From contig NC_086097.1 of NCBI RefSeq assembly GCF_963921235.1, forward strand, positions 45,324,001-45,388,000: 64,000 nt of DNA, given 5' to 3'. This document shows positions 37,390 to 49,256 of the stretch, one piece after another; within the stretch, counting starts at the first letter, position 1; each line of letters opens with the position of its first letter. This DNA comes from Mobula hypostoma. Its lineage: Eukaryota. Position numbers and translations under genes: made by a program. The notes beneath the pieces were generated by a model. That model worked only from the letters and a program-made list of their open reading frames with translations. It did not search any database and was not told the origin of the DNA.

Positions 37390-38509
37390 AATGACCACTA
37401 TTTCCCTCTGAGATCCAGAAAATAAAAGTTGAATAATTCAAGGATTAGACTGGGGAAAAGGAGGAATTAAAGGCAGCCACAGAATTTATATGTTACTCCA
37501 TTGAGCTGCAGGCGGAACTCGGAGAGCTGATCAGAGCTTGAAGTTTTCGGATGACTCAGAGTCAGACCGTGGTTGGGTATGGCAGGGAGAGTTTTTCTTC
37601 CTTCTCCCGTCTGCGTGAGATGTGGGACATTTGAGAGACTTTGAACATTTTACTGTGCTCATGGACTTCTTCATCAAGTTATGGTATTGTTGCACTGTTG
37701 TAACTATATGTTATAATTATGTGGTTTTGTTAATTTTTTCAGTCTTGGTCTGTCCTGTGTTTTGTGATATCACACCGGAGGAATATTGTATCATTTCTTA
37801 ATGCATGCATTACTAAATGACAATAAAAGAGGACTGCGTGTCTTCATAATCTAATCTAAGTGGTGTCATGCTTCCAGCACAAGCATAACATGCTCAAAAC
37901 TCCCTAAACTTGTCCCATAGGTCTTTGGAATTTGGGGGAAAGTTAGATTACCTGGAGGAAACCCAAGTAGTCCCAGGGAGAATATCCAAATGCCTTACAG
38001 ACAGTAGCCTGATCTCAAAGCTGGCATGGTAAAGTATTGTGCTAACTGCTACACTACTATGCTGCCCCATAATAATAACGGGGGTGGTAAGCTAAGAAAT
38101 TCCTACTTTGCTAATAGCTGTTTTAATATACTGAAGTCCCATTGATTTTGGACAGAGTGAATGAGGAAATTTAAAAAACAGATCATTTTTGATGATCCAG
38201 ACAGCCTTAATTACGTACATTCTAAGAGAGAACATGTCTTAGAGTAATAGAGATACTAAACCAAAAACAACATCTTAACTTGAGGCCCAAGAGAAGAAAA
38301 TTTGAGTAGACACATGCATGATCCATAATTTCCAAAGTGAGCAGTCTAATTTTAGAATGTTTCTCAGATCACCAAAGCTGGTAATTTCTACAGATTAATA
38401 TTTCCAATCCTTAACCCATTTCAAGATATGAAGTTTAGATACAGAACATTAATTGTCTTTCTACTGTAGTTAACTTTTGGAATCTGACCAGCAATAGATT
38501 TCCAAATCA

Positions 38510-38725
38510 GGATAGGGTGTGACTCGGAGATCTCCTGCAGTTGATGGTGTTCCTGTGTGCACCCCCTTGTGGAAGAGTTTGTAGGTTTAGGAGGGGGTGT
38601 CGGAGTAGACGAGGTGAGTATCTAGAGTGAAGATCACAGATAATGTACATTTCAGGGTCTCCTTGCCGGTGATAGAGAGAATGAATAATGAAGGTGGTGA
38701 AAGGGGTGTTAATGAAGTGGGTTCA
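38510..38725 (-). mobile_element. Very degenerate LINE (RTEX-like) 3' remnant
   Basis: Weak by-eye similarity (gtgtgactcggag..gcagttgatggtgttcc..aaggtggtgaaaggggtg) to a common shark LINE end. Confidence 0.3.
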
Positions 38726-39764
38726 CTCACAGAATATTTGTTAGTATTAGTGAGTGCGTGTCACCGACAATGACGACTTCCACCACTTTGTTGGTGATTC
38801 AGTAGGCCAAAAGGGTGATTGGACATCCTGATGTTTGCAAGCAGGGCAGACTTAGACAGTCTCTATTCTTGTAGACTGCTGTAACTGTACTGGAACAGCC
38901 AAACCCATAGCGCAGCTCTTCAATGCAACTAGCATATTAACTGGTCCCATACCCTCCGCCATCTCCAGTGGTTTCTGCCATATCTTTAAAATTGATTGAC
39001 TGAACTGAACTAGGACTGACTGAGGGTGGGGATCCCAAGAGGGTCTCTTTTTGGCAATTCTGCTTCAGCTTAGTCTCCACAAATCGTGTGCTGTGCCAAC
39101 CCCTGCCTTTGTTCAGGGTGTCAGTATGTGTGGAGCCTCTTCCTTCTCATATCTGTTCAATGGCTGACCATTGCTTACAGCAGAGGTGGTAAGACTTCAG
39201 AACTCAGCTACCCTACAATTCTGGACAGGCGCTTTGACCTTTCCCTTAATGACGTAGACACAACAAACAAGAACCAGCAAACACATGCATGGTAACAAGA
39301 ATTTAGGAAGGATTCAAATTCAAAGTCAAAGTCAAGCTCATTGTGAATCTAATTGTAGAGCAGCATTTTAGTCCCTGATGCAGGTGAAATTCATTCTTTT
39401 GTCTGCAAATTCTGCAAATGTAGCAAAGCTACAAAATTGAGATGAGTGGTAAAGTTGTAGATGGCGCATTAGATAGGTACGGTGATGTCAATCATTGTGA
39501 ATGCTTATCTGAAGCATTGGCAGATGAAACTGGGTTATGTTTGTATACTTAAGAAATGTTATCCGTCATTTGCATACTAATTAGTGCTTACTATGCAGTG
39601 AGAGGTTAAACAATACATTGCATGCTGAAACTGTGCACATATGTTTTCACTACGAGAGTGATATATTGCCGCATGGCTGTGGCACTCTCATAAATATGCA
39701 CAGGTTCCCTACACAGCTCCGACATACACATAAGTTTAAAAAGAAATGTATTGCTGTCCAATCT

Positions 39765-39978
39765 CAAATAAGAGAAAATCTGCAGAAGCAGGAAACCCAA
39801 GCAACACACACAAAATGCTGTTCCTCAGCAGACCAGGCAGCACCTATGGAAAAGGGTATAGCTGATGTTTCAGGCCTGAATCCTGAAGAGGGATCTCGGC
39901 CCGAAACGTTCACTATACTGTTTTCCACAGATGCTTCCTGGCCTGCTGAGTTCCTCCAGCATTTTGTGTGTGTTGCTT
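39765..39978. mobile_element. Inverted-repeat PLE-derived element with hammerhead core at the hairpin apex
   Basis: About 80-bp arms 39799-39876 and 39898-39978; CTGAAGA-GGGATCTCGGCCC-GAAAC-GTT at 39883-39910. Confidence 0.85.
39883..39910 (+). ncRNA. Hammerhead ribozyme core (core intact, stem I disrupted)
   Basis: CUGAAGA, stem II GGG/CCC, GAAAC, GUU; flanks gaauc/cacua do not pair. Confidence 0.55.
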
Positions 39979-40184
39979 TTATTACAGTCCAAGAGTTTTC
40001 AAAAAAATCAAAATACTTAACACTATTATCTCACTTTGTCATCACTGTTGCTCAGCTGGGCCATGTTCAATGCTTCAATGTGAAACCAAAGATTTCACAG
40101 TCATGGGGGGGGCGGGGAAGGAAGCTCCAGACTTGCTTTGTGGTTGGCAACTGCCTTGTTGTTAGGGATTTCTGGCTTGTTCCA

Positions 40185-40590
40185 TACTTCCCTTACCGCC
40201 CATAACACCACTGGCATTTGGAGCAGCAATGAAGGTACCCATCTCTAGCTGTGATCAGTTCTTCCTTTATCGTATCAGCAGATTCCTCTCGGTTTACTGT
40301 CAATCATGCAAGTCCTGAACAGATACTCAGGAATACCATCGCACACAGATGTAGAAGGATTCTTCATTGCAGTTTCCTTTTGTTTTACCAGTCAGGGTTG
40401 TTAGCCCTGAGCTGAGCCCCCAGACCTGGGGAACCAGTGGACCAATCTTAGTCTGCCCTCTGCCCTTTGACCTGTTTGGTATGGGTGACCCGAACAAGAG
40501 CCGAAGCATAAAGCCAACATAGCTGTCTGGGTCACGGAGCAGCACAAGCCTCCAAACCCAATGACAAGGTTGTGGTCCTCTCGGAGGGAT
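40185..40590 (-). mobile_element. RTE-derived bipartite non-autonomous retroelement
   Basis: gggttgttagccctgagctgagcccccagacctggggaaccagtggacc..ccctttgacctgtttggtatgggtgacc resembles the reverse strand of RTE 5' UTRs. Confidence 0.55.
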
Positions 40591-40656
40591 TTGTCCCCGA
40601 GAAGGGACCTAAAACAAGGGTGAGGCCCTGGATTTGCAGAACCAATTGGTCAACGA

Positions 40657-41245
40657 TTCAAGATTCAAGATTCAAGATTTAAAATTCGTCTGTTTATCAT
40701 GCGTAATTGGAAACATACAGTGAAATGCATCATTTGCATTAGTGACGAACACACCCGAGGGCACACCGGGGACAGTCTGAAAATGCAGCCACACATTTCG
40801 GCACCAACATAGTATGTCCTTAATGTCAACAGAAGAACGCAGAACACACGTCTATAATGTCAGCAGAACAACACAGGACACACATCCATAATGTCAGTAG
40901 AACACAGAACACACGTCCATAATGTCAGCAGAACACAGGACACACGTCCATAATGTCAGCAGAACAACACAGGACACACATCTATAATGTCAGTAGAACA
41001 CAGAACACACGTCTATAATGTCAGCAGAACAACATGGGACACACGTCCATAATGTCAGCAGTATGTAGAACACACGTCCGCAATGTCAGCAGAACAACAC
41101 AGGACACAACAAAACTACAACAACAAAAGAAGCCCCATTTTTCCCTCCCACCCATGCACAAACACAATCCTTTAACCCCAGGACAGGCCATCTTCCACTC
41201 TCCAGTCTCCAGAGGACTTGGACTTGAGCATGCAGATCTTAGGCT
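40657..41245 (-). mobile_element. Rex1/L2-tailed non-autonomous element with an internal minisatellite
   Basis: (TTCAAGA)n tail; aaacatacagtgaaatgcatc shared with 11440-11500 in reverse. Confidence 0.6.
40820..41110. repeat. Minisatellite, about nine units of 30-34 bp
   Basis: Recurrent cacgtccataatgtcagcagaaca(acac)aggaca variants. Confidence 0.92.
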
Positions 41246-41914
41246 CTGTCATCCCTAGTGGACTCGCAGAGATTCATACAATCTAAAGGATATAGCTCAA
41301 TCAGATTTCTGCAACAAAAATGTTTCCTGACTGTTAGGTTGTTTCTTGAGCATAGAGACTAGTTTATATATAATCCACTGACAATTTTTAGGACCCTGGC
41401 CAGGTTGTACTCTTTCGTGCTGGAAGTCCTCCAAGTCCAAGATCCTTTTTATAATCCTTCCCAAATCCTGTTGGAAAGTCTCCAGTTTTTCCTAATGAGA
41501 ATGAGCAGATTTGTTGTATGGTGTTTTATAAATATTCATGTGAATATTATCATAAACCTGACTGAAGATTAGCAGGGGGTGGGGCAAGTTCAAGGACTGA
41601 GAACCTCACTTGCCTCCTTATTCTAAATTTTGAAGTCGTGCTTACAGAACCCAGAGGCGAAGAACTCTATGACGTCTGGATAGTTTAGCATAAAACAAGG
41701 AACTAGTCTCAATACAAGGGGAAAGGCTCATATAATAAGACTGCAGATTAAACAAATATAGACTGGATTCAAGAATCAGACCTGGTACATAATATTGTAA
41801 GTAGTATTCTCTGTAAAGAATCAGTACTGCTGTTTTGACCCCTATCATTCAAAAACAAACTCACTCCAGAGATTCGAAATTACATTTGAACACTTAGAAT
41901 GCTTGTTTCATAGT

Positions 41915-42088
41915 TCTCTGTTCTATTTTTAGACACACGTACAGCATAATGTTTTTTGTGTTATTTATTTAATTGGGTTCTCCTTATCTAGTTTTAGGAC
42001 TTACATGAAGATCTGATCGCATTTTAGGTCATATTTATGCAGAAACAGAGAGAATTCTACAGGGTTCACAAACGTTCTAGCATCACTG
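41915..42088 (+). mobile_element. Tc1-like transposon right end
   Basis: Ends gggttcacaaacgttctagcatcactg|TA, typical of Tc1 TIRs; no left end found. Confidence 0.6.
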
Positions 42089-42210
42089 TACAATAAATAA
42101 AAATGATTGTGTCAGTATTAGAGGAAGAAGAATTACAATTGAACCGTTACAGATCAGAAAAATCTAGGTTGACACTCCGGTACTGGGAGGTGGGGGTGTG
42201 GGATATGCTC

Positions 42211-42397
42211 TGTGCAACAACACAAATGCTGGAGGAACTCAACAAGTCAGGCAGCGTCTATGGAGGGGATTAAACAGTTGACGTTTTGAGCTGAGAGATG
42301 ATTGTATATTCCCCTCTATAGATGTTACCTGTCTTGCTGAGTTCCTCTAGCAGTTTTGTGTGTGTTGCACAAGATTTACATCATCTGCAGAATCCTG
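42211..42397. mobile_element. Inverted-repeat PLE-derived element
   Basis: tgtgcaaca..tgctggaggaactcaacaagtcaggcagcgtctatggagggga / tcccctctatagatgttacctgtcttgctgagttcctctagca..tgttgcaca. Confidence 0.8.
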
Positions 42398-42929
42398 AGC
42401 CCAGTGCAATATCTATCCGCAATCAGCATCATTTTGAAATGGATGCTGTGATCCCTAGCACAGGAGATGGCTGTATTTCTGTGCAGCACCTGCCATTCAC
42501 AGGAGCTTTCTGTGTGCTTGTGCAAGATCTGCCATTCACCAACACTACTGTAGTAACTACAAAAAGGCTTTAATGGTGAGAAGATGCTGATGTTTAGGGT
42601 TGTCCTGAAGTTGGGGAAAGTGCTTCAGAAGTGCACTTTTTCCTTTATCTTTCAATGTTTAAACACTAGTATGTCAGTTAGTTCTTTCTGTACTGAGATA
42701 TCCAAATACCTATGTTGTTGGTATCACAAATAACTGTACTTCGTGATAGGAATTTGAATCAATGAACAAATTCCATCTTCCAGAACGTTCCATATCTAAG
42801 CACCAAATGATTGTGTCACTTACCAGGTTTAAAAATGTATTGCAGATGAACCAATTCAAAAATACATGGTGGCCAGGATCACCAATGCTGTAGCTTTTGT
42901 TAATGGGATTTAAGGTGAGAAGTATACAG

Positions 42930-44385
42930 AATACTGATAGAGGGTCTTTCAGGAATCACTAAATTCTGGCATTGTTCTGGAAGAATGGAAAATTGCAAAT
43001 GTCACTCCACTCTTCAAGAAAGGAGAGAAGCAGAAGGAAGGAAACTATAAGCCAGTTAGTCTGACCTCAGTGATTGGGAAGATGTTGGAGTCAATTATTA
43101 AGGATGATAAAATAAGCCGTAGTCAGCATGGTTTCCTCAAGGGAAAATCTTGCATGACAAATCTGTCTTTGAAGAAACAACAAGCAGCATGGACAAAAGA
43201 GAATCGGGTGATATTGTGTACTTGGATTTTCAGAAAGCCTTTGACAAGGTGCCACACATGAGCTATGTGCCCATGGTATTACAGGAAAGATTCTAGCATG
43301 GATAAAGCAATGGCTGATTGGCAGGAGGCAAAGAGTGGGAATAAAGGGAGCTTTGTCTGGCTGGCTGCCGGTAACTAGTGGTGTTCCACAGGGGTCTGTG
43401 TTAGGACTGATTCTTTTTACGTTATATATCAATGATATGAATGATGGAATTGATGCCTTTTTTGCAAATTTTACAGACAATATGAAGATAGGTGGAGGGG
43501 CAGGTAGTTTTGAGGAAATAGGGAGGCTACAGAAGGATTTAGACAAATTATGAGAATGAGCAAAGAAGCAACAGATGAAATAGACTGTTAGGAAGAGTAT
43601 GGTCATGTACTTTGATAGAAGAAATGAAAATCCTCTAAATGGAGAGACAATAAAAAAATGTGAGGCACAAAGGGATTTGGGAGAGTGTGCGCAGAATTCT
43701 CTGAGGGCTAATTTGCAGGTTGAGCTTATGATGAGGAAGGCAAATGCAATGTTAGCTTTCACTTCAAGAGGACTCCAATATAAAAGCAAGAATGTATGTT
43801 GCATCTTCAGAAAGATGAGACCTTTTTTGGAGTATTGTGTGGAGTTTTGGGCCCCTCATCTTAGAAAGGATGTGCTGAGACTGGAGAGGGTTCAAAGGAG
43901 GTTCATGAAAATGATTCCAGAATTGACTGGCTTGTCATATAAAGAGCGTTTGATGGCTCTGAGCCTGTATTCACTGGAATTCAGAAGAATGACGGGTGAC
44001 CTAATTGAAGCCTATTGAAGGCTGAAAGGCCTTGATAGGGTTGATGTGGAGAGGATGTTTCCTATGGTGGGAGAGTTTAAGACCAGAGGTAACAGCCTCA
44101 GAATAGAGGGGTGTCCTTTTTTAATGGAGATGAGGAGGAATTTCTTTAGCCAGAGAGTGGTGAAACTGTGGAATTTGTTGCCACAGGCAGCTATGGAGGC
44201 CAAGTCTGTAAGTGTATTTACGGCAGAGGTTGATAGGCTCTTGATTGGTCAGGGCATGAAGGGATAGGGGGAAGGCAGGAGACAAGAGTGGGATTGAGAG
44301 GAAAAATGTATCAGCCAGGATGAAATCGTGGAGCAGACTCGATGAGCCAAAGAGTCTAATTCTGCTGCCAAATCTTATGGTCTAA
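42930..44385 (+). mobile_element. CR1 LINE fragment (RT to 3' UTR), degenerate
   Basis: WKIANVTPLFKKG..GNYKPVSLTSV; WLPVTSGVPQGSVLG; RRNFFSQRVVKLWN; CR1 tail. Confidence 0.93.
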
Positions 44386-45041
44386 TAGTCATGGAAAAGC
44401 AGTAGTTCTGAAAGACTGTATTATGTATTCATGTATATTTGGACCCTTACGTGATGCTGTCAAGCTTCCCTGTGTGTTATGTTCTGAACATAATGTGAGT
44501 GGGAATTCTGGGTAAATGTCTTATAAGCAAAACAAACAGCTGCACGTTCCTCCCATCTCTGTCCCTTGTGTGTGTTATTCACAGCCACCTGGCTTCCCAG
44601 TACCACAAACATAACAGATTGTATTTTCATTCATGTTCAGAAGAAACTTCAATAAAATGTCACTAACAAAATGTAAGTCGCGTTTCTGTTGTTTCCCTCT
44701 ATCTGCATGTTTTCAATCGCATGTTTAGATTTGGATACCTGTATGTAGTATTCTATGTAGACACAGCATGTTGTCTACATAATAATTATGGCCTGGAGGG
44801 AAAGACGTGGAACTACAGAGTTAAGGAAAGCCTTGGCTTATTGGCAGGTTTGAATTTTCCCTTTCCTGGGAGAAACAGAACAACTGAGGTGGTAAGGCTA
44901 TGGTGGAAAGTTTGTCCTGTGTCAGACACGCTAAACTTGTTGCATAGACGCATACACATTCTGCACCCAACTTCTAAAAATTGGATCCATTGGAAGGAGA
45001 AAAACTGAATCTCAAAAGAGACTACAATGTGTATTTATTTA

Positions 45042-45803
45042 CAGTGGATTCTGGTTAATTGGGACACATCGGGACAAGTACATTTTGGCCTAATTAAGCA
45101 GCTGCCTCAATTAGCCTACTTCATGGAAATAGAGAGATATTAAAAAGTTGACCTGGATAACAAATTATGTCTTTAAGTGAAATACAGAATACTATTACTG
45201 CAGTACTATATATCTGTGTATTAGTTCTTATACTTATCGATGGAGGAATTAATCTGCACTATGTGTTTTGACTGTAAATGAACAAAATCAGCGCAAGCAC
45301 CTAGTGTAGATAATGAACTCCCTCCATATAATGCTTTCGATGATTGCATCTTCTGAATCTTAACTTTCATAATAACATTCAAAATACTTGTTGATACCTC
45401 CAAATTCTGCATACTTGTTGAAGCAGTAAAATCATTTCATTTTCACTCCTGGCTGTTTCTGGCATGAATGCTTGAAACACAGTGAGCTAAACAGTTCTGA
45501 ATTGTCTTGCTGCTTATTTCTCGACAAATGTCAGTGACAAAGATCGCTGCTTTTTGAACACTAACACATGCAACTGATGTTTTTTAAAACCTGTTTGCTC
45601 AAGCACAGTGTTGTGTCTCACAGCTGTGCAAGTTCATGTGACTGAACTAGTTAGAAACAGTTCGATAACAGTCCGCTGCCCCAATTAATCAGTATAGTGT
45701 CTCAAATAAATGGCAGGAGGCCTGGCTATTTTCTCTGTTTGTTTTTGGTCTTTAAGCAGCTGTCCCAATTAACTGATGGCCCAATTAACTGGAATCCACT
45801 CTG
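45042..45803. mobile_element. Second pogo/Tigger-like element, inverted relative to 24242-24934
   Basis: TA|CAGTGGATTCTGGTTAATTGGG ... CCCAATTAACTGGAATCCACTCTG|TA; internal atgctttcgatgattgcatc is the reverse complement of about 24619-24638. Confidence 0.85.
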
Positions 45804-46459
45804 TACATTGCATGTGACCAAGGAGAAATCTTTACAAAGGAATTTCCCAGTTGTGTTCAGGTAGTTGAAAAAGGCTCAAAGCTGAACATCGGCTGTGGTT
45901 CACCCCTACTAATCCCAAGGAAAAGGCAAATAACAGGGTTAGTGCTATCAACAAAATATCCTTTATTAAAGACGATAACTCTAAACCAACAGCCGCATCT
46001 GCTAAAATAATATAGCTTAAGTCTTATCACACACCTGATCTTCAAAGTCCATTTATGCTCGTAAGCAAAAAAAGCCAAGACTTACATGCATAAATTCACA
46101 CCTGCTTAGTATTTCTGTAAATATATGTTTCAATAAAATACTTCTGCTAATTAAAAGTTTGGATTTTTTTCTTCCTCTGAAGGTACTACAGATGGAAGTG
46201 CTTCCCTGCAAACATTATGGTTAAAGTTTTGTCCTCATGGTGAACCTTAACCCAAAGGCAAGACAGCACCTTTCGTTCTGCTATGATTGTCTAATATGCT
46301 AGAGTCTCTAAGTGAGCATTAAATTACAGATTTTTTTTTGCTATGAATCTGTTCAAATCTTTCCGTAGATTGAAAAGACTCAGTGGTTATGAGTTGTAGC
46401 TAACGCTACGGTTAGGTGCACAGTCCAGTGACAGAAGCAGCAATCAATATGTCGCTGAC

Positions 46460-46523
46460 ATGCAGAGCAGACTCGATGGGCAAAGCAGCCCAATTCTGAT
46501 CCGATATCTTATGATTTTATGGT
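46460..46523 (+). mobile_element. CR1 tail fragment
   Basis: gcagagcagactcgatgggc..aattctgatccgatatcttatgattttatgg. Confidence 0.6.
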
Positions 46524-46984
46524 ATCAGACACTCATATTCTTATAGCACTGGGATTTTTGAGTCTTGTTCTGGTTGCAGATGTCAAGTTTAATTGTGAAT
46601 CCTTAACTTGAGTCTTGGAGGTGCATGAGATTTGGGGAGTCAAGAAGTAAACCAGTCCACATCGAAAACCTAGCCAGTACATTGCTATTGTAGCCACACC
46701 ACTGAAACGATGATATGGGCAGTGGTAGTCCAATGATATTGAGATGATAAATCTGGAGCTGGTGGTACAATGAAAGCTATAGGAGAGGGACTGGAGTTTG
46801 TTAATATGAAATTGAGAAACAACAATTAACTATCATTTATGAGGAATAATTTTTACCTACCGCTATCTGCTGGCACAGACGCTTGAAGTTGTGAAGGTAG
46901 GTGAACACCATCGAAATGTCACTAAAAAATTTCACTCCTGACCTTATGAAGGGAGGAAGGTTGAACTGTTGACTCTTCTATTAG

Positions 46985-47235
46985 TAGAGTGGTACATTTA
47001 GTAAAGCTCCAGCAATCCCAGTTGAAATCTGATCCAATGTGCTGTCCATGTGGAATTTTTCTATTTTCCCTGACTACATGGATTTTCCCCCGTTCCATCA
47101 GTTCTCTCCCACATAGAATGTATAGAACACAACTCCCAAAGATGTAAACTACCCTCCTGTAGATGGTTGGCCGGAGAATCAAGGTGGAATTAGTGGGCAT
47201 GTGAGGGAGAATAGATTCCAGAGAAATGGACTGTG
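46985..47235 (+). mobile_element. Degenerate V-SINE/HE1-like element
   Basis: gctccagcaatcccagttgaaatc..gtgctgtccatgtggaatt..tccctgactacatggattttcc..ctcccacat..cccaaagatg. Confidence 0.5.
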
Positions 47236-48329
47236 GAGTCATTGAGGCCGAAGAACTTCCTTCTATGTCATGGGAAACATGAGAATTCCCTACAGAGGTC
47301 TTGTCTCCATGGATACACGTGTGATAAGGAAAGGCTCACCAAAGAAATTCCTGCAACGGGCAGAGGGGAGGTCATGCACATTGGCCTGTACGCTCTAGAA
47401 TTTTGAAGGAGGAGTGGCTGGAGTGTCGCATGGAGGCACTGGCGATATCCAATAAATTTGGAATATTAAGGTAATTGAGAGAATTGAAAGTAATGCTGAG
47501 GAAAAGATTAAATGATGGTGAAGGCATGAGGAACTAAAGGAGCTGCTCCTGCTGCTGTTTCTAAGGCTATGAATGCATCCTCAAGAACAATATCCATTTA
47601 TTGTGTGTCAGATGTGACAAAGCCACTGAAGGGATTCTATTTTAGCTTCAGATGAGTTTAGTAGGGTTAGTAGGGTTCCATGCTACCATATTCAGTCAAA
47701 ACAAACTAGTCATTACTAAACAAAGGAAAGTGGAGAAGTGCAGACATCCATAACATAACTGTTACTGTTCTTCGAGCACTAGAATTGGCGTTATAGTGAC
47801 TTTAATTGGAAAATGATTTCTCCTTATCAAGCTGCTGCATGAAAGTTTGATGGTAAGAGGACAAGATTTGGTAAATGCTGGTTCTTAGATAGGAACAACT
47901 CTCATTAGGAGTGTGACACAATAGAGGGAAAGGTTCTTCACGAGGACACAACCAGAAGGCTGGATATCTGCTGTGGAGAAGCTGTGAACATGGGGCAAGT
48001 GCAGAAAAGATGCAAGAATTTGAAGCTGAAGCGAGTCTGTGAGGAATTCTAACAGAAGGATGCAGTTTAAAAGGTTCTGCTTTGAAGATATAAAAGATAT
48101 AAAAAGAAATGGAAGACGTCCATTCCCTTCCAAACCCAAATCTAACACCTAATGTGAGCAGGCCAATGTTAGGAATATGAGCAGTGTGGTTCAGTCTGAG
48201 AGTGGGGCTTATACCAGGGCCCAAGTCACACTGGCTGAGGATATTGCTTGAGAACTCCCCAACAGGGATGGAACTGTGGCTTATCCAAGGCTAATATTCT
48301 CACAGGGTCAGTAAGCAAGTCAAGCGAAG

Positions 48330-48785
48330 GCAGAGCACTGTCATCAGCAAATATTGAAGACTGCAGGAGGTGTAGTGAGCAGCAGCATGTTAAAGAAGGC
48401 GATGAGGACACTAAACTTAACAGAGATACCACCTCTGCCTGAAACTGCGGATTTGTGGTCACAGCTCAGCCCACCACGTAAAGCAGCAAACATAATCAAA
48501 GACTCTATCCATCCCGGATATTCTCCCTTCTCCCAATCAGGCAGAAAATACAAAAGCCTGAAAGCACATACTACTAGGCCCAATGACAGCTTCTATCTGG
48601 CTGTTATAAGACTATGATGAAATGGACTCCTGTCTGCAGAGGGTGCTACACTATATTCTGCCTTCCCCTTGCTCTACCTTGATGTACTGATGTGATGAAA
48701 TGATCCGTATGGATAGCATGCAGATCAGCATTTTTCTCTGTATCTTGGTACATGTGACAATAATGAACATATTTACCAATTTAAA
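48330..48785 (+). mobile_element. Rex1/Babar 3' fragment
   Basis: KAANIIKDSIHPGYSPFSQSGRKYKSLKAHTTRPNDSFYLAVIRL plus tail gtgacaataa. Confidence 0.75.
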
Positions 48786-49256
48786 GGTAGGAAGTGAAAA
48801 GGTGTTCTGGATGGGATTTAATGATGGTCATCTAAGCAACAACAGTGTCACTCAGCTTGATAATGGAGGCAAGCCTCTGGAGGTGGAAAGTGAAAGTCGA
48901 CCATGTCAAAGGAACAAGATGGAAAAGTACACTGGGAAAACATGGGTTAACTTGCAGGAAATGCAAAGATGGAATTGTAGGCTAGGAACATGAATATTTG
49001 AACAGCCAGGGATTTTGAAAATGGGGCGGTGGTTCATGAGAGCACAGGAGTCAGATTGTTTTGGACTGTTTAAAAGAAATGTCATCAAGGTTATATAGTT
49101 CAGAGGGACGTTGATGATTAGCAGTTTAACAGTAATAGTGTCACAGTAGACAGAGTTGGGTCCAATTATATAAATTACTTGAAGTAAAAATCAGAGAGGA
49201 GAAATTCAGAGGGTCAAGCAGTAATTCTGGAGAGAAGAAAGAAATGTTGATGTCTC

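Larger units (their letters stand above)
35101..37518 (-). mobile_element. L1-clade LINE: 5' UTR, ORF1 and APE endonuclease only (3'-truncated)
   Basis: ORF1 and ORF2-EN motifs; TSD TCAGAGAGCTGATCA (35086-35100) / TCGGAGAGCTGATCA (37519-37533). Confidence 0.9.
34994..37857 (+). mobile_element. Non-autonomous element with Rex1-type 3' UTR (parts 34994-35100 and 37534-37857), interrupted by L1
   Basis: Ends aatgacaataaaagaggactg..taatctaatct; the halves are joined by the L1 TSD. Confidence 0.6.
34895..38068 (-). mobile_element. HE1/V-SINE-like element split by nested insertions (parts 34895-34993 and 37858-38068)
   Basis: Tail in the left part; V-domain and head (gtctttggaatttgggggaaag..ggaggaaaccca..gctaactgctacac) in the right part; AAGTG duplicated at both junctions. 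Confidence 0.65.

Noticed and set aside
39618..40205. 195-aa plus-strand ORF
   Set aside because: Runs through a PLE-derived inverted repeat; no recognisable domain or splice context
43091..43804. 237-aa minus-strand ORF
   Set aside because: Antisense shadow of the CR1 RT region
44475..44616. 142-bp segment bounded by TGTTATGTT..AACATAACA (solo-LTR-like)
   Set aside because: No TSD and no second copy in the window to confirm it
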